A stretch of 45,977 nt of DNA from an uncultured Dehalococcoidales bacterium (GTDB lineage Bacteria; Chloroflexota; Dehalococcoidia; GIF9; AB-539-J10), in the NCBI GenBank assembly GCA_964625765.1, contig CAZVCS010000001.1, positions 1 through 45,977 of the forward strand, read 5' to 3'. The notes beneath the pieces were generated by a model. It searched no databases. It was not told the origin of the DNA and saw nothing but the letters and a program-made list of their open reading frames with translations. Below are positions 26,051 to 38,237 of this stretch, piece after piece. How positions within the stretch are numbered: position 1 is the stretch's first letter; the number at the start of each line of letters is the position of its first letter. A program made the position numbers and the translations under genes.

Positions 26051-26946
26051 TGACGGCGATGCATAAGAGGCTCAGCGAGTACGCCTCGTCTCTCTGTGAC
26101 GGCATGAGGGTGGATTCCCGCACCCGCGGGGATATCGACCGCGAAGTGCGTGCGCACCTCGAAGACCACACGAACAACCTCAAGCGGCGCGGCCTGAGCG
26201 ATGAAGAAGCGAGCCACCGGGCCATTCGCTCGTTCGGAAACCCCGAAGTCATCGCCCGTGACCTGATCGTCGTGCACTCTCAGGGAACCTGGAGGGATGC
26301 CTTCCTCACGTCTCTGCCTCACCTCCTGGTCGCGCTGTTGTTGACCGCCTACTACCGGCAGAGCCTGGTCTGTCTGCTGGCAACGGTGCTGGCAGCGGGA
26401 CTGGGAGCACACCTCGCCGTCTCGCGACGCGCGCCCGCGTGGTCATTCAGTTGGCTGGGCTACTGTCTGGTGCCCGTCATCCTGGCCGCTCTGCTGCTTC
26501 TGAATGCCACACACTGGTGGACGCTTCTGGGCATCGCGTACATCCCCTGCGCCGTGCTGGTGGCGATCTACGTCGTCAGGCAGACAGCCTCCCGGGACCT
26601 GCTCTATGTGTCGCTGATGCTGGCCCCGTGGGCCGTCATAACCGCCTGGTGCATGGCCACGCAGAACTTCTCTGCGATGCGGAACGGAAACCTGGACCCC
26701 GAGGGGGTGAGGCTCTACGGGCGGGAACTGGTGGGGAGCTTCGTGACACTGGCCATATCGAGCTTCGTGTTCGCGCGGATACGCCCCCGCTGGGGCAAGG
26801 CGCTCGCGCTCATCATCCCGCAGGCAATCGTCTTCGGTTACGTACTGCTCTTCTGCGGACAGCAGGTATCGCTGTGGGGCTGGCTCGTCGCCGGTCTTGC
26901 GGTTGTCCTCGTGTCGCTGCCGACGATGCGTGAGTTCCGCGGGTAG
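26050..26946 (+). CDS. Membrane protein with a PadR-associated 'permease prefix'-type N-terminal domain
   Basis: The soluble N-terminus (LSEYASSLCDGM...REVRAHLED...FGNPEVIARDL) is followed by about six hydrophobic segments. The ATG overlaps the padR stop (TGATG). Confidence 0.65.
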   Translation: MTAMHKRLSEYASSLCDGMRVDSRTRGDIDREVRAHLEDHTNNLKRRGLSDEEASHRAIRSFGNPEVIARDLIVVHSQGTWRDAFLTSLPHLLVALLLTAYYRQSLVCLLATVLAAGLGAHLAVSRRAPAWSFSWLGYCLVPVILAALLLLNATHWWTLLGIAYIPCAVLVAIYVVRQTASRDLLYVSLMLAPWAVITAWCMATQNFSAMRNGNLDPEGVRLYGRELVGSFVTLAISSFVFARIRPRWGKALALIIPQAIVFGYVLLFCGQQVSLWGWLVAGLAVVLVSLPTMREFRG

Positions 26947-26952
26947 GACGCT

Positions 26953-28017
26953 TCACGCACTCGGGGGTTCTTCCCAGAGGCCGGTCTGACTCGCCATCTT
27001 GCGCTCGAACGGCAAACCCAGATGCTCGTACGCCCGCCGCGATGCAACTCGTCCGCGCGGCGTACGGTCGATGAAGCCAAGCTGAAGCAGGTACGGCTCG
27101 TACACGTCCGTGATGGTATCCGCGTCCTCGCTCACGGACGCGGCAATCGTATCGAGTCCGACGGGACCTCCATCGAACTTCTCGATGACGGCACGAAGCA
27201 GCTTCCGGTCGATCTCATCGAGGCCAATAGCATCTATCTCCAGCCGCGCGAGTCCCTCGATGGCGGACTTCTCCCCGATCGTCCCGTCGCCGACAACCTG
27301 GGCAAAGTCGCGCAGCCGGCGCAGCAACCTGTTTGCCACGCGCGGCGTGCCACGCGACCGACTGGCGATTTGCGCCAGCCCGGCCTCGTCGGCGGGAACG
27401 CGCATGATGGCGGCGGACCGCTTCAGAATGCGGAGGATGGACGGCTCATCGTAGAAATCCAGGTGGCACGCAATCCCGAACCTGTCGCGAAGCGGCGGGC
27501 TCAAGAGCGAGAACCGCGTTGTCGCCCCGACGAGCGTGAACGGAGGCAGCGTGAGCCGCAGTCCCCGGGCTCCGGGCCCTTTTCCGAGGAAGATGTCGAA
27601 TACGAAGTCCTCCATCGCAGGATAGAGCTTCTCTTCGACGATACGGCTGAGGCGATGGACCTCATCGATGAAGATGACGTCGCCTTGCTCCAGGTTCGTC
27701 AGGAGAGCAGCCAGGTCTCCCGGTCGCTCAATGGCGGGACCTGACGTGATCTTGATGTTGACGCCGAGTTCGGCGGCTATGATGTGGGCCAGAGTTGTCT
27801 TGCCCAGGCCGGGAGGCCCGTGGAGGACGGTGTGGTCCAGAGTCTCGCCGCGTTTGCGGGCGGCGGCGATGGCGATGCTGAGCTGTTCCTTGACCTTGGC
27901 CTGACCGATGAAGTCCTCAAGCCGCTGAGGACGCAGGCTGACCTCAGCCGGCGCGTCCTCAGCGGCCGATTCCGCAGATACGATACGTTCACCCTCGCCG
28001 GGCGCCTTGCGAGCCAT
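26953..28017 (-). CDS. ruvB: Holliday junction branch migration DNA helicase RuvB
   Basis: [30 protein letters not shown] and [12 protein letters not shown] motifs are present. Confidence 0.95.
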   Translation of the reverse strand: MARKAPGEGERIVSAESAAEDAPAEVSLRPQRLEDFIGQAKVKEQLSIAIAAARKRGETLDHTVLHGPPGLGKTTLAHIIAAELGVNIKITSGPAIERPGDLAALLTNLEQGDVIFIDEVHRLSRIVEEKLYPAMEDFVFDIFLGKGPGARGLRLTLPPFTLVGATTRFSLLSPPLRDRFGIACHLDFYDEPSILRILKRSAAIMRVPADEAGLAQIASRSRGTPRVANRLLRRLRDFAQVVGDGTIGEKSAIEGLARLEIDAIGLDEIDRKLLRAVIEKFDGGPVGLDTIAASVSEDADTITDVYEPYLLQLGFIDRTPRGRVASRRAYEHLGLPFERKMASQTGLWEEPPSA

Positions 28018-28049
28018 ACCGAGGCTTCACCGTGCCGACTCCCGGTGGC

Positions 28050-31000
28050 TCACGCCTCCGCAAGCAGGCCGGTCGTCTCCTCTTCTTCCTCGGGAGGCGC
28101 CAGGCGGGGTTCCGCACGTGAAGCCTCCTGCGATGGAATCAGCTTGCCAAGAATGACGTTCTCCTTCAAGCCCCTCAGCTTGTCTATCTTGCCGCGAAGC
28201 GCGGCTGCGGCGAGTACGCGGTTCGTCTCCTGGAAGGAGGCGGCCGCAAGCCACGAGTCCTTGTTCAGGCTTGCCCTCGTGATGCCGAGGAGTATCGCCT
28301 GCGCCGTAGCCGGCTCTCCGCCCTCGGCGAGAACCCGAGCATTCACGTCCTCGTAGTCAAAGCGGTCAACCAACTCGCCCGGAAGGAGTTCAGTATCCCC
28401 GGATGAGATGACCTCAACGCGCCGCAGCATCTGCCGCACGATGGTGGCGATGTGCTTGTCGTGAATCGTAACGCCCTGAGAACAGTACACCCGCTGAATC
28501 TCGTCGATGATGTACTGCTGCGTCGCTTCCTTGCCCATGATGCGCAGGATGGAGTGCGGGTTGATGACGCCTTCGGTGAGTTGCTGACCGAGGTGCACAC
28601 TGTCGCCCGTCTGCACCGTCAGTCTGGCGCCGGCGGGGATGGGGTACTCCCGCTCTTCCTTCTCCTCGTACTGGATCCGGATCACTCCCGTCTCCACTCT
28701 GGCCCTGCCGGACACGCGGGCAACGCCCTCCTGATCCGAGAGGGTCGCCGGCAGCTGTGATTCGCCGGATTCGGCGGTCGCCGGCCGGAAGAGGAGCATG
28801 CCCACTTCGATAACCTGGCCATCGGCCACCACGACCTCGACTCCCTCGGGGACCGGGTACTCTTCCTCGAACGAGGTCGAGTTCGTGATCTTGACGATGC
28901 GCCCCTCCTCAGACTCGATGACGCTCGCAACGCCGTCGATGCCTGCAAGCACGGAGCGCCCCTTGGGAGTGCGCGCCTCGAACAACTCCTCCACCCTGGG
29001 AAGACCGGTAGTGATGTCGGTACCGACGACACCGCCGGTGTGGAACGTGCGGAGCGTGAGCTGCGTTCCCGGTTCGCCGATGCTCTGAGCCGCGATGACA
29101 CCGACGGCTGTGCCAATCTTGGCAAGGCCGCGGGTGGCGAGGTCGCGCCCATAGCAGTACTGGCAGATGCCAAAGCGACACCGGCAGTTGAGCGGAGACC
29201 GCACGTAGACCTTGGGTATGCCCGCTTCGACAATCCGGCGGGCTCGCTCCTCGTCTATCTCCTGGTTGCGATCGCAGATGACCTCACCGGTGTGCGGGTC
29301 GGCAATCGGGGCGGCCGCCAGATAGCCGAGCATGCGCTCGCTGAACGGCGGAAGATTGGCGCCGTTCTGCACCGCGGAGATCCACGTGCCCTCGGTGGTG
29401 CCACAGTCAACCTCGTTGACGATGACATCCTGAGAGACATCGACCAGGCGCCGCGTGAGGTAGCCGCTGTCGGACGTACGGAGCGCCGTATCGGCAAGGC
29501 CCTTTCGCGCGCCGTGCGTCGAGATGAAGTACTCCATCGGCGAGAGCCCCTCTCGGAAGCTCGCCTTGATGGGGAAGTCGATAATCTTGCCCGACGGGTC
29601 GGTCATGAGACCCCTCATGCCGGCCATCTGCCGGATCTGCGAGATGTTACCTTTCGCGCCGGACGTAGCCATCATGTAGATGGGGCCGTAGCGGTCGAGC
29701 GACTTCGATACATCGTCGAGGATCTTGTCGGTTGCCTGCATCCACACCTGAACAACGTTCTCGTAGCGTTCGTCCTCGGTGATGAAGCCGCGAGAGTACT
29801 GGTCCTCGATGACTCCCACCTGCTGATCGGCTTCGCCCAGGATGTCCGACTTGTGCGGTGGTTCCTCGATGTCGCTCATTGCGATGGATACGCCGGACCT
29901 GGTGGCGTAGGTGAAGCCCATCGCCTTCAGATTGTCCAGCACTGCCGCGGTAGCCTCGTGCCCAAGCACCCGCACGCAGTCCGACACGAGCGACCGCAGC
30001 GCGGACTTGTTCATGGTCTTGTTCTGGAAGCGCATCTGGGGGGGCAGAGCGTCGTTGAAGATGATGCGGCCCACGGTGGTCTGCAGCATCTCGCCGTTGT
30101 ACCTGACCTTGATCTCGGAGCCGAGCTGGACGACGCCGGCCTCGTAGGCGAGCTTGGCATCGTCGGCGCTGCTGAAGACCCTGCCTTCTCCCCTGGCATT
30201 CGGCTTGGGGATGGTGAGGTAGTAGCAGCCCAGGACCATGTCAAGGCTCGGGGACGTGACCGGAGTGCCGTTGCTGGGCAACAGCATGTTGTAGACGCTC
30301 AGCATTCGCTCGCGCGCTTCCTTCACGGCGAGTCGGGACAGCGGCACATGGACGGCCATCTGGTCGCCATCGAAGTCGGCGTTGAAAGCCGAGCAGACCA
30401 GCGGATGGAGTTGGAACGCATCTCCATCGATGAGGACCGGCTCGAACGCCTGGATGCTGAGGCGGTGCAGCGTGGGCGCCCGGTTGAGCATGACGGGCCG
30501 CTCCTTCACCACTTCCTGCAGCAGTTCCCAGACCTCCGGGCGGGCGCGCTCAACCTGACGGCGGGCCACTTTGACGTTGTTGGCATAGCCCTTCTCCATC
30601 AGCTTGTGCATGACGAACGGTTTGAACAGCTCGAGGGCGACGCGGCGCGGGATGCCGCACTGGTGCAGCTTCAGTTCGGGGCCGACGACGATGACCGACC
30701 GGCCGCTGTAGTCCACGCGCTTGCCGAGCAGATTCTGCCTGAACCGGCCCTGCTTCCCGGCCAGCATTGCGGACAGCGACTTGAGGGCATGGTTGTTTCC
30801 GGTCGTCACGACACGGCCGCGGCGGCCGTTATCGATGAGCGCATCGACGGCCTCCTGCAGCATGCGCTTCTCGTTCCGCACGATGGCTTCCGGCGCCCCG
30901 AGGTTCATCAGGCGGCGCAGCCGGTTGTTCCGGTTGATGACTCTGCGGTAGAGGTCGTTGAGATCGCTGATAACGAACCGGCCGCCGTCCAACTGAACAA

Positions 31001-31787
31001 CGGGCCGCAACGAAGGCGGGAGCACCGGCAGCACGGTGAGAATCATCCACTCCGGCCGGTTCCCGCTCTCCCTGAGCGCCTCAACGAGCTGGAGCTTCTT
31101 GCTGACCTTGTCATACTGCTGCCGGGATGCGGTGCGGATCTCCTCGAGCAGGTCCTCGTGCACCTTCTCGATGTCGATGCCCTTCAGCACTTCGAGGATG
31201 GACTCCGCGCCCATGCCCGCCTTGAAGAGGTCCCCGCACTTGTCCTTGAGATCGCGGTACTCCTCTTCGTTCAGAAGTCTGTTGACCTTCAGGTCGTGCA
31301 GCTTGTCTGCGGAGTCGCTGTCACCGGCATCCATCAGCGCCTTCGCTTTGGCCTCGATCCCGTCCTGATCGACGGAGGTGACGAGATACCGGGCGAAGTA
31401 GATGACCGACTCGAGGTTCTTCGGTGAGAGGTCAAGCAGGATGCCCAGCCAGCACGGAACGAGCTTGGCGAACCAGATATGGGTGACTGGTGCGGCAAGC
31501 TCGATGGTGCCCATGCGCTCGCGTCTCACGCTCGAGTGCGCGACTTCGACGCCGCACTTGTCGCATATCACGCCCTTGTAGCGTATCTTCTTGTACTTGC
31601 CGCAGTGGCACTCGTAGTCTTTGACCGGTCCGAAGATCCGTTCGCAGAAGAGCCCATCCCGCTCCGGCTTGAGCGTGCGGTAGTTGATGGTCTCGGCCTT
31701 CGTCACCTCACCGTGAGACCAACTCCTGATCTGCTCCGGAGAGGCGAGGCTGATCTGGATCGCGCTTATGTCGTCAAACTGAACCAT
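28050..31787 (-). CDS. rpoC: DNA-directed RNA polymerase subunit beta'
   Basis: The zinc motif [23 protein letters not shown] and the catalytic [12 protein letters not shown] are present. It is 1245 aa and lies downstream of rpoB. Confidence 0.98.
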   Translation of the reverse strand: MVQFDDISAIQISLASPEQIRSWSHGEVTKAETINYRTLKPERDGLFCERIFGPVKDYECHCGKYKKIRYKGVICDKCGVEVAHSSVRRERMGTIELAAPVTHIWFAKLVPCWLGILLDLSPKNLESVIYFARYLVTSVDQDGIEAKAKALMDAGDSDSADKLHDLKVNRLLNEEEYRDLKDKCGDLFKAGMGAESILEVLKGIDIEKVHEDLLEEIRTASRQQYDKVSKKLQLVEALRESGNRPEWMILTVLPVLPPSLRPVVQLDGGRFVISDLNDLYRRVINRNNRLRRLMNLGAPEAIVRNEKRMLQEAVDALIDNGRRGRVVTTGNNHALKSLSAMLAGKQGRFRQNLLGKRVDYSGRSVIVVGPELKLHQCGIPRRVALELFKPFVMHKLMEKGYANNVKVARRQVERARPEVWELLQEVVKERPVMLNRAPTLHRLSIQAFEPVLIDGDAFQLHPLVCSAFNADFDGDQMAVHVPLSRLAVKEARERMLSVYNMLLPSNGTPVTSPSLDMVLGCYYLTIPKPNARGEGRVFSSADDAKLAYEAGVVQLGSEIKVRYNGEMLQTTVGRIIFNDALPPQMRFQNKTMNKSALRSLVSDCVRVLGHEATAAVLDNLKAMGFTYATRSGVSIAMSDIEEPPHKSDILGEADQQVGVIEDQYSRGFITEDERYENVVQVWMQATDKILDDVSKSLDRYGPIYMMATSGAKGNISQIRQMAGMRGLMTDPSGKIIDFPIKASFREGLSPMEYFISTHGARKGLADTALRTSDSGYLTRRLVDVSQDVIVNEVDCGTTEGTWISAVQNGANLPPFSERMLGYLAAAPIADPHTGEVICDRNQEIDEERARRIVEAGIPKVYVRSPLNCRCRFGICQYCYGRDLATRGLAKIGTAVGVIAAQSIGEPGTQLTLRTFHTGGVVGTDITTGLPRVEELFEARTPKGRSVLAGIDGVASVIESEEGRIVKITNSTSFEEEYPVPEGVEVVVADGQVIEVGMLLFRPATAESGESQLPATLSDQEGVARVSGRARVETGVIRIQYEEKEEREYPIPAGARLTVQTGDSVHLGQQLTEGVINPHSILRIMGKEATQQYIIDEIQRVYCSQGVTIHDKHIATIVRQMLRRVEVISSGDTELLPGELVDRFDYEDVNARVLAEGGEPATAQAILLGITRASLNKDSWLAAASFQETNRVLAAAALRGKIDKLRGLKENVILGKLIPSQEASRAEPRLAPPEEEEETTGLLAEA

Positions 31788-31804
31788 TCGTATTCGCCCT
31801 CACT

Positions 31805-34800
31805 CTACAGTCTCGACTTCAGGCGGGGTTTCATTTCGCCGGTTATGCTTATCTTCTCTTCTTCCTCATTGAGCAACTCGACCGCGAAGCCCATCGCCCG
31901 AAGCTCCATGAAGAGCACCTTGCAGGCCTCGGGGATGCTCGGACTCTGGACATCTTCGTTCTTGATGATGGACTCGTACGCCCGTGCACGGCCGACGATA
32001 TCGTCGGACTTGACCGTCAGCATCTCCTGCAATGTGTGGGCTGCGCCGTAGCCTTCAAGCGCCCAGACCTCCATCTCGCCGAAGCGCTGTCCGCCGAACT
32101 GCGCTTTACCGCCGAGAGGCTGCTGCGTGATGAGGGAGTACGGGCCCGTCGACCGGGCGTGCACCTTGTCCTCGACGAGGTGAATGAGCTTCATCATATA
32201 GACGCCGCCGATAGTCACCGGCTGGTCAAACGGCTCGCCGGTCTTGCCGTCCCGAATCACCATCTTGCCGAAGGTGGGCGGATAGACACGGCGCTCCTGG
32301 TACACCTTCTTCGCCATCGCATCGAGCTCTTCCGCCGATGCATTGCGCGCCTGGATACCCTGGTCTTCGAGCCACAAGATGAGCCCGGCTCGTTTTGCCG
32401 GTCCCACCCTGGACGGGTCCACCAGCTCTGCTGCGTCGAAACCTCTTTCCTCGAGCCACGGGCCCAGTACGTCCATGTCGACGCACATGGCCACCTTCGG
32501 ATCGAGGTTGACGGCTCTGGCTCGCCAGGCCATCCACACGCGGCACAGCTCGTCCTCTATCTCGGCCGTGTTGGCCCCGCCGAAGATGGGGGTGATGGCA
32601 CGGAAGCCGAACACCCTGCCCGCCCATCCGAGATGCGCCTCCAGCACCTGGCCGATGTTCATACGAGACGGCACGCCCAGCGGATTCAGGACGACATCGA
32701 CCGGCGTCCCGTCCGGCAGGAACGGCATATCCTCCTCAGGCAGCACGATGGAGACGACGCCCTTGTTGCCGTGGCGTCCGGACATCTTGTCGCCGATGGA
32801 CAGCTTCCGGCGCTGGACAACCCACACGCGGACGAGGCGGTTGACACCGGCCTGGAGCTCGTCGTGGTTCTCGCGCGAGAAGACGCGCATGGAGAGCACA
32901 CGACCGCGCGCTCCCGGCGGCATCCGAAGAGAGCTGTCCTTCACATCCCGCACCTTCTCTCCGAAGATGGCCCGGAGCAGCTTCTCCTCGGTCGACGGCT
33001 CAGTCTCGCCCTTGGGGGTGATCTTGCCGACCAGGATATCGCCCGGCTTGACTTCGGCTCCGACGCGAACGATGCCCTCCTCGTCCAGATTGCCGAGGCT
33101 GTCCTCGCTCACATTGGGAATATCCCTGGTTATCTCCTCAGGGCCGAGCTTGGTATTGCGCTCCTGCGTTTCATACTTCTCGATGTGGATGGAGGTGTAG
33201 ACGTCATCCTTGACCAACCTATTGCTGACTATGATGGCATCTTCGTAGTTGTATCCGCGCCAGCTCATGAACGCGCAGACGACATTGCGCCCGAGTGCGA
33301 GCTGCCCGCCCTGCAGAGACGAGCTATCGACCAGTATCTGGCCCTTCTTTACCTTCTCGCCCTTCCTGACCAGCGGGCGCTGATCGATGCAGGTGCCCTG
33401 GTTCGTGCGGACAAACCGGTCGAGCCGGTAGACGCGCGGGTCGCCCCGGTCGTCACGAATGACGATCTGCGAGCCCGTGACAGAGGTCACAACGCCGTCG
33501 CTCTCGGAGAAGAGCGCCTGGCCGCTGTAGCGGGCCACCTCGCCCTCCATGCCGGTGGATACGAGCGGCGCTTCGGGCCGCAGCAATGGCACGCCCTGGC
33601 GCTGCATGTTGGAGCCCATGAGGGCCCTGTTCGCATCGTCATGCTCCAGGAAGGGGATAAGCGCCGCAGACACGCTGAAGATCTGCTTGGGAGAGACATC
33701 CATGAGGTCGACCTTGTCCTGCGCCTCACGGAAGTAACGTGCTCCCCGCTTGACCTCGACGCGCTCATCGACGAACTCGTCATACTCGTTGATGCGGGCA
33801 TTGGCCGCAGCGATGCTGTACTGCTCTTCCTCGTCGGCCGTCAGGCTGCGGACCTCGTTCGCGACGAAAGAGGCCACCTTGAGCGTCGTTGCCGGCAGCG
33901 CCGCGATGCGCTTCACGACATCGCTCGTCACGCGGGTTCCCGCGCGGGCGACCACGTCGCCCTTCGGGGACAGCACATCTTCCTTGAGCAAACGCCCGAG
34001 CAGCTGCTCCGAGTTGGAGGGCAACTCATGCGTGACCTTGCGGTACGGCGTTTCGACGAAGCCGTACTTATTGATGGATGCGTACGTGGCAAGCGTGCCG
34101 ATAAGCCCGATGTTCGGGCCTTCCGGCGTCTCGATGGGACACAGGCGGCCGTAGTGCGAGTGGTGCACGTCGCGCACCTCGAATCCCGCCCGCTCACGGG
34201 AAAGGCCGCCGGGGCCCATGGCCGAGAGACGGCGCTTGTGGGTCAGCTCCGCGAGAGGGTTGGTCTGGTCCATGAACTGTGATAGCTGGGACCGGCCGAA
34301 GAACTCCTTGATGGCGGCGGTCACCGGCCGGATGTTGATAAGCGCGGAAGGCGTCGCCGCCTCCGAGCCAAGGATGCTCATGCGCTCCTTGACGGCACGC
34401 TCGAGCCGCAGCAGTCCGACCCGGAACTGGTTCTGCAGCAGGAACCCGACGCCCTGCGCCCGCCGGTTGCCGAGATGGTCGATGTCGTCCGGCGTCTCCA
34501 GACCGTTGTTCAGCAAGATAATGTGCTTGATGATCTGCACGAGGTCGTCAGGCGTGAGGCCGAGGTAATCGCTCGGAACCTCGACGCCGAGCTTCTTATT
34601 CAGCTTGTACCGCCCTACCTCACCCAGGCTGTAGCGCCTCGGGTTGAAGAGGAAGTTGTTCAAGAGAGTCTTGGCGCTGTTGAGGCTGGGAGGCTCGCCC
34701 GAGGACAACTTGCGATAGATGTCCACCAGGGCGTCCGCCTGGCTGTGAATCAACGGGTCGCGCTCTATGGTGGAAGCAATGTACTGGTGGTCAGGATTGG

Positions 34801-35446
34801 TATCGACGTCCTTGAAGAGCTCCAGCAGCTCCCCGTCGGTGCCGTAGTTCACCGCGCGCAGGAGCGTGCTCGCCGTCAGCTTGCGCTTGCCGCTGACCCT
34901 CACGGAGATGACGTCTCTGCTGGACGTATCGAAATCGAGCCAGGCGCCCCGCTCGGCAACCAGTTTGCCGAAGCCGAGCTGGCGGCCACTCACAGGGTCG
35001 CGCGCGAGCGTGAAGTACACGCCGGGGAACCGGGTGAGCTGGCTTACGACGACGCGCTCGGCGCCGGCGATGATGAACGTGCCGGCATCCGTCATCAGCG
35101 GGAAATCGCCGAAGAAGAGCTTCTCCTCTTTGATCTCGCCCGTCTCCTTGATGAGAAGGCGAACCAGGACTCTGAGCGGCGCGGAGTAGGTCATTCCGCG
35201 CTCCAGGCACTCCGCGACCGAGTGCTTCGCCTCATCGAACTCGAACTCCACGAAATGGAGCTCGAGCCTGTTGCGCGTGTAGTCCCGGATGGGGGACACC
35301 TCCTCGAAGAGCTTCGTCAGTCCCTCGGCCTGGAACCAGCGGAAGGACTCGATTTGCACCATGACGAGGTTAGGGACATCGATGACCTCGGGGTGCTTGG
35401 AGAAGGAACGCACGACAGGGGATGATGGAGCAGACGTCAAAGACAT
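31805..35446 (-). CDS. rpoB: DNA-directed RNA polymerase subunit beta
   Basis: A rifampicin-cluster-like [17 protein letters not shown], plus [13 protein letters not shown] and [12 protein letters not shown], are present. It is 1213 aa. An AGGAG lies upstream of the ATG. Confidence 0.98.
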   Translation of the reverse strand: MSLTSAPSSPVVRSFSKHPEVIDVPNLVMVQIESFRWFQAEGLTKLFEEVSPIRDYTRNRLELHFVEFEFDEAKHSVAECLERGMTYSAPLRVLVRLLIKETGEIKEEKLFFGDFPLMTDAGTFIIAGAERVVVSQLTRFPGVYFTLARDPVSGRQLGFGKLVAERGAWLDFDTSSRDVISVRVSGKRKLTASTLLRAVNYGTDGELLELFKDVDTNPDHQYIASTIERDPLIHSQADALVDIYRKLSSGEPPSLNSAKTLLNNFLFNPRRYSLGEVGRYKLNKKLGVEVPSDYLGLTPDDLVQIIKHIILLNNGLETPDDIDHLGNRRAQGVGFLLQNQFRVGLLRLERAVKERMSILGSEAATPSALINIRPVTAAIKEFFGRSQLSQFMDQTNPLAELTHKRRLSAMGPGGLSRERAGFEVRDVHHSHYGRLCPIETPEGPNIGLIGTLATYASINKYGFVETPYRKVTHELPSNSEQLLGRLLKEDVLSPKGDVVARAGTRVTSDVVKRIAALPATTLKVASFVANEVRSLTADEEEQYSIAAANARINEYDEFVDERVEVKRGARYFREAQDKVDLMDVSPKQIFSVSAALIPFLEHDDANRALMGSNMQRQGVPLLRPEAPLVSTGMEGEVARYSGQALFSESDGVVTSVTGSQIVIRDDRGDPRVYRLDRFVRTNQGTCIDQRPLVRKGEKVKKGQILVDSSSLQGGQLALGRNVVCAFMSWRGYNYEDAIIVSNRLVKDDVYTSIHIEKYETQERNTKLGPEEITRDIPNVSEDSLGNLDEEGIVRVGAEVKPGDILVGKITPKGETEPSTEEKLLRAIFGEKVRDVKDSSLRMPPGARGRVLSMRVFSRENHDELQAGVNRLVRVWVVQRRKLSIGDKMSGRHGNKGVVSIVLPEEDMPFLPDGTPVDVVLNPLGVPSRMNIGQVLEAHLGWAGRVFGFRAITPIFGGANTAEIEDELCRVWMAWRARAVNLDPKVAMCVDMDVLGPWLEERGFDAAELVDPSRVGPAKRAGLILWLEDQGIQARNASAEELDAMAKKVYQERRVYPPTFGKMVIRDGKTGEPFDQPVTIGGVYMMKLIHLVEDKVHARSTGPYSLITQQPLGGKAQFGGQRFGEMEVWALEGYGAAHTLQEMLTVKSDDIVGRARAYESIIKNEDVQSPSIPEACKVLFMELRAMGFAVELLNEEEEKISITGEMKPRLKSRL

Positions 35447-35561
35447 TGCACACTCCTACAACACACGTAGTCTTATGAAACAGCCACTCTCAAGAGCACG
35501 ACAAGGGGGGAGTCAACGAATTGATTGGGGATGGCATAGTAATATCATGCCGCAAACAGGC

Positions 35562-35590
35562 AGTATACCATCGGGTTGGAGGAGTGTCAA
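35562..35590 (-). promoter_or_regulatory. Candidate rpoB promoter (TTGACA-17 nt-TATACT)
   Basis: The minus strand reads TTGACActcctccaacccgatggTATACT. It lies 8 nt after the mutS stop and about 110 nt upstream of the rpoB ATG. Confidence 0.55.
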
Positions 35591-35597
35591 TTACCGA

Positions 35598-38165
35598 TTA
35601 CGTGCCGGCGCCCGGCGGCTCCAGTTCCTTTCGCGCACGATCGCGTAGCGCATACAGCGTCGCGATGGCCTCCAGCGGCGTCAGGGCGTCTACATCGAGG
35701 TTGCCCAACTCCTTCATCATGGAGAGATCCCTGTCGAACATGCCGAGTTGCCGTCCGGGGTCGACACGCCGTGGTGTCTCCAGCTTCTTCCGGCCGGCGG
35801 ACTGACCCTCCAGGCGGTCGAGCACGTCCTGAGCCCTCGCCACCACTGCTCTCGGCAAGCCCGCCAGACGCGCCACATGGATGCCGTAGCTCTTGTCCGC
35901 CCCGCCGGGAGCGATGTGATGCAGCAGCCGCACCGTGCCACCCTCCTCCACGACCGCGACATTGAAGTTGCGCACCCGGGGAAGGTGCTCGGCGAGCTGC
36001 ACGAGCTCGTGGTAGTGCGTGGCAAACACCGTCTTGGCGCCGAGCGAAGGATGATTATGTAGGTACTCCGCCACAGCCCAGGCAATCGAGACTCCGTCGT
36101 ACGTGCTCGTGCCGCGTCCTATCTCGTCCAGCACGATGAGCGACCTCTTCGTTGCATGGTGCAGGATGTTCGCCGTCTCGATCATCTCCACCATGAAGGT
36201 CGACTGGCCGGACGCAAGGTCCTCCTGGGCGCCGACGCGCGTGAAGATGCGGTCGACGAGGCCGATTCGGGCCGATTCGGCCGGGACGAAGCTCCCCACC
36301 TGGGCCAGGAGCACAATGAGCGCTACCTGGCGGAGGTAGGTCGACTTGCCGGACATGTTCGGGCCGGTGAGAACGACGAGTTGCGCGTCCTCGTTCGAGA
36401 GATATGTGTCGTTGGCGACGAACTGCCCCTTGTCGAGGCGCGCCTCCACGATGGGATGCCGTCCGCCGCGGATGGATATCTCGACGCCTTCGTCGAGTGA
36501 GGGTCGCGTGTAGCCGCGCGCCACCGAGACCTGTGCGAGGCTACAGGCCGCGTCCACGACAGCCATCGCACGGGCAAGGTCAAGGATAGTCTCGATGTGG
36601 CCCGCCACCTGCTCGCACAAGCGACGGAAAACGGACTCTTCAAGCTCCGAGATGCGCTCGCCTGCCGTCAGCACGAGGGACTCGTACTCCTTCAGCTCCG
36701 GCGTGTAGAAGCGCTCGGCCTCGGTCAGCGTCTGCTTTCTGATGTAGTCCTGAGGCACCGCGTGCAGGTTGACGCGCGAGACCTCGAGGTAGTACCCGAA
36801 GACTCTGTTGTAGCCAACCTTGAGCGACTTGATGCCGGTGCGCTCGCGCTCGCGCCGTTCCAGGTCGGCCAGGTACTGTCGCGCCTCCTTCGCCCTGGTG
36901 CGCAGCGCATCCAGTTCCTCAGAGAAGCCCGGACGGATGATGCCTTCCTGCCCCGAAGCATCCGGCTCATCCGACAGGGCATCGGTCAGGATACCGACAA
37001 CATCCGGCAGCGGCCGAAGGCCGGCGATGAGCTCGTTCGGAGCGCCGCGGAGCGACTCGCACAGCGCCGGGACTGCCGCGAGCCCGGCTCGCAGCGCAAT
37101 CAACTCCCTCGGCGTTGCCCGTCCCGAGACCGTGCGGTTGCCGAGCCGCTCAAGGTCCGGAACGTGCGCCAGTGTTCCCCGGAGCTCCTGGCGCGAGATG
37201 CCCCCGTCGACGCACCACTGCACCAGGTCGAGCCGTTTCTCCAGTGCGGCGAGGTCAAGCAAAGGGCACCCGAGCCACTGCCTGAGGAGCCGCCCACCCA
37301 TGGCCGTTTTCGTCTCATCCAGAATCGACAGCAGCGAGAGGTCCGCTGCGCCCCAGCGTCCGCCCTCGAACAGCTCCAGGTTCCGGACGGTCTGCACATC
37401 GAGCGTCATGAACGACTCAGTCGAGTAGGTGGAGAGGGACGTGAGCTGCCGAAGAGACTGCTTCTCCGTCTCTCCGAGGTAGTGGACGAGCGCTCCTGCC
37501 GCCTCGATAGCCCGCGGCAGTCGCGCGCAGCCGAAGCCCTCCAGCGTGGCTACTTCGAAGTGCTCCAGAAGCACCTGCTGGGCGACGTCTTGCTCGAACC
37601 AGTAGGCGTCAAGAACGGTTGCCGTCCACACACCGGGAAGCGATGCCGGGTTCGATACGAGGACCTCTGCGGGCTTCAGCCGCCCGAGCTCGAGTTCAAG
37701 TCCCTCGAGCGGCAGCTCGGTCACTGAGCACTCGCCGGTGGTGATGTCGGCGAACGCCAAGCCCGCGCGTTCGCCGTCGACGCTGACGCTGACCAGGTAG
37801 TTGTTGGACTTCGCCTGCAGCAGGGCCGGCTCGACTACGGTGCCGGGCGTCACTATCCTGACGATGTCCCGCTCCACCAGACCCTGTCCCGGGGGAGTGA
37901 GTTGCTCGCAGACCGCGACCTTGTAGCCCCGGCTGATGAGCCGGCCGAGGTAGTTGTCCAGGGCGTGGTAGGGAATGCCGGCCATCGGCACGCGATTCCC
38001 CTTGCCCATTTCCCGAGAGGTGAGGACGATGTCGAGCTCGCGTGACGCGATGCGTGCATCCTCATCGAACGTCTCGTAGAAGTCGCCAAGCCGGAACAGC
38101 ACAATCGCTTCCGGATGCTCCTGCTTCACCCGCAGATACTGCCGCCTGAGTGGCGTGACCGACAT
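35598..38165 (-). CDS. mutS: DNA mismatch repair protein MutS
   Basis: The N-terminus TPLRRQYLRVK....FRLGDFYETF, the Walker A motif GPNMSGKST, and DEIGRGTSTYDG are present. Confidence 0.97.
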   Translation of the reverse strand: MSVTPLRRQYLRVKQEHPEAIVLFRLGDFYETFDEDARIASRELDIVLTSREMGKGNRVPMAGIPYHALDNYLGRLISRGYKVAVCEQLTPPGQGLVERDIVRIVTPGTVVEPALLQAKSNNYLVSVSVDGERAGLAFADITTGECSVTELPLEGLELELGRLKPAEVLVSNPASLPGVWTATVLDAYWFEQDVAQQVLLEHFEVATLEGFGCARLPRAIEAAGALVHYLGETEKQSLRQLTSLSTYSTESFMTLDVQTVRNLELFEGGRWGAADLSLLSILDETKTAMGGRLLRQWLGCPLLDLAALEKRLDLVQWCVDGGISRQELRGTLAHVPDLERLGNRTVSGRATPRELIALRAGLAAVPALCESLRGAPNELIAGLRPLPDVVGILTDALSDEPDASGQEGIIRPGFSEELDALRTRAKEARQYLADLERRERERTGIKSLKVGYNRVFGYYLEVSRVNLHAVPQDYIRKQTLTEAERFYTPELKEYESLVLTAGERISELEESVFRRLCEQVAGHIETILDLARAMAVVDAACSLAQVSVARGYTRPSLDEGVEISIRGGRHPIVEARLDKGQFVANDTYLSNEDAQLVVLTGPNMSGKSTYLRQVALIVLLAQVGSFVPAESARIGLVDRIFTRVGAQEDLASGQSTFMVEMIETANILHHATKRSLIVLDEIGRGTSTYDGVSIAWAVAEYLHNHPSLGAKTVFATHYHELVQLAEHLPRVRNFNVAVVEEGGTVRLLHHIAPGGADKSYGIHVARLAGLPRAVVARAQDVLDRLEGQSAGRKKLETPRRVDPGRQLGMFDRDLSMMKELGNLDVDALTPLEAIATLYALRDRARKELEPPGAGT

Positions 38166-38193
38166 CGGGTCTATTGTAACGCACGACCCTCCT

Positions 38194-38222
38194 TTGAAAC
38201 GACGGGGGCGTGCTGCTATGAT
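38194..38222 (+). promoter_or_regulatory. Candidate ybeY promoter (TTGAAA-17 nt-TATGAT)
   Basis: TTGAAA at 38194-38199 and TATGAT at 38217-38222. A GAGGGAG SD precedes the ATG at 38238. Confidence 0.45.
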
Positions 38223-38237
38223 GCCTGAGGGAGTCGA

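Noticed and set aside
29040-31427. 795-aa ORF on the plus strand
   Set aside because: It is entirely antisense to the unmistakable rpoC. Its Arg/Ala/Gly/Leu-rich, motif-free translation is typical of stop-poor antisense frames in GC-rich DNA.
32036-34282. 748-aa ORF on the plus strand
   Set aside because: It is antisense to rpoB and shows the same GC-driven artefact, with no recognisable domain.
36597-37727. 376-aa ORF on the plus strand
   Set aside because: It is antisense to mutS and has a compositionally biased translation.
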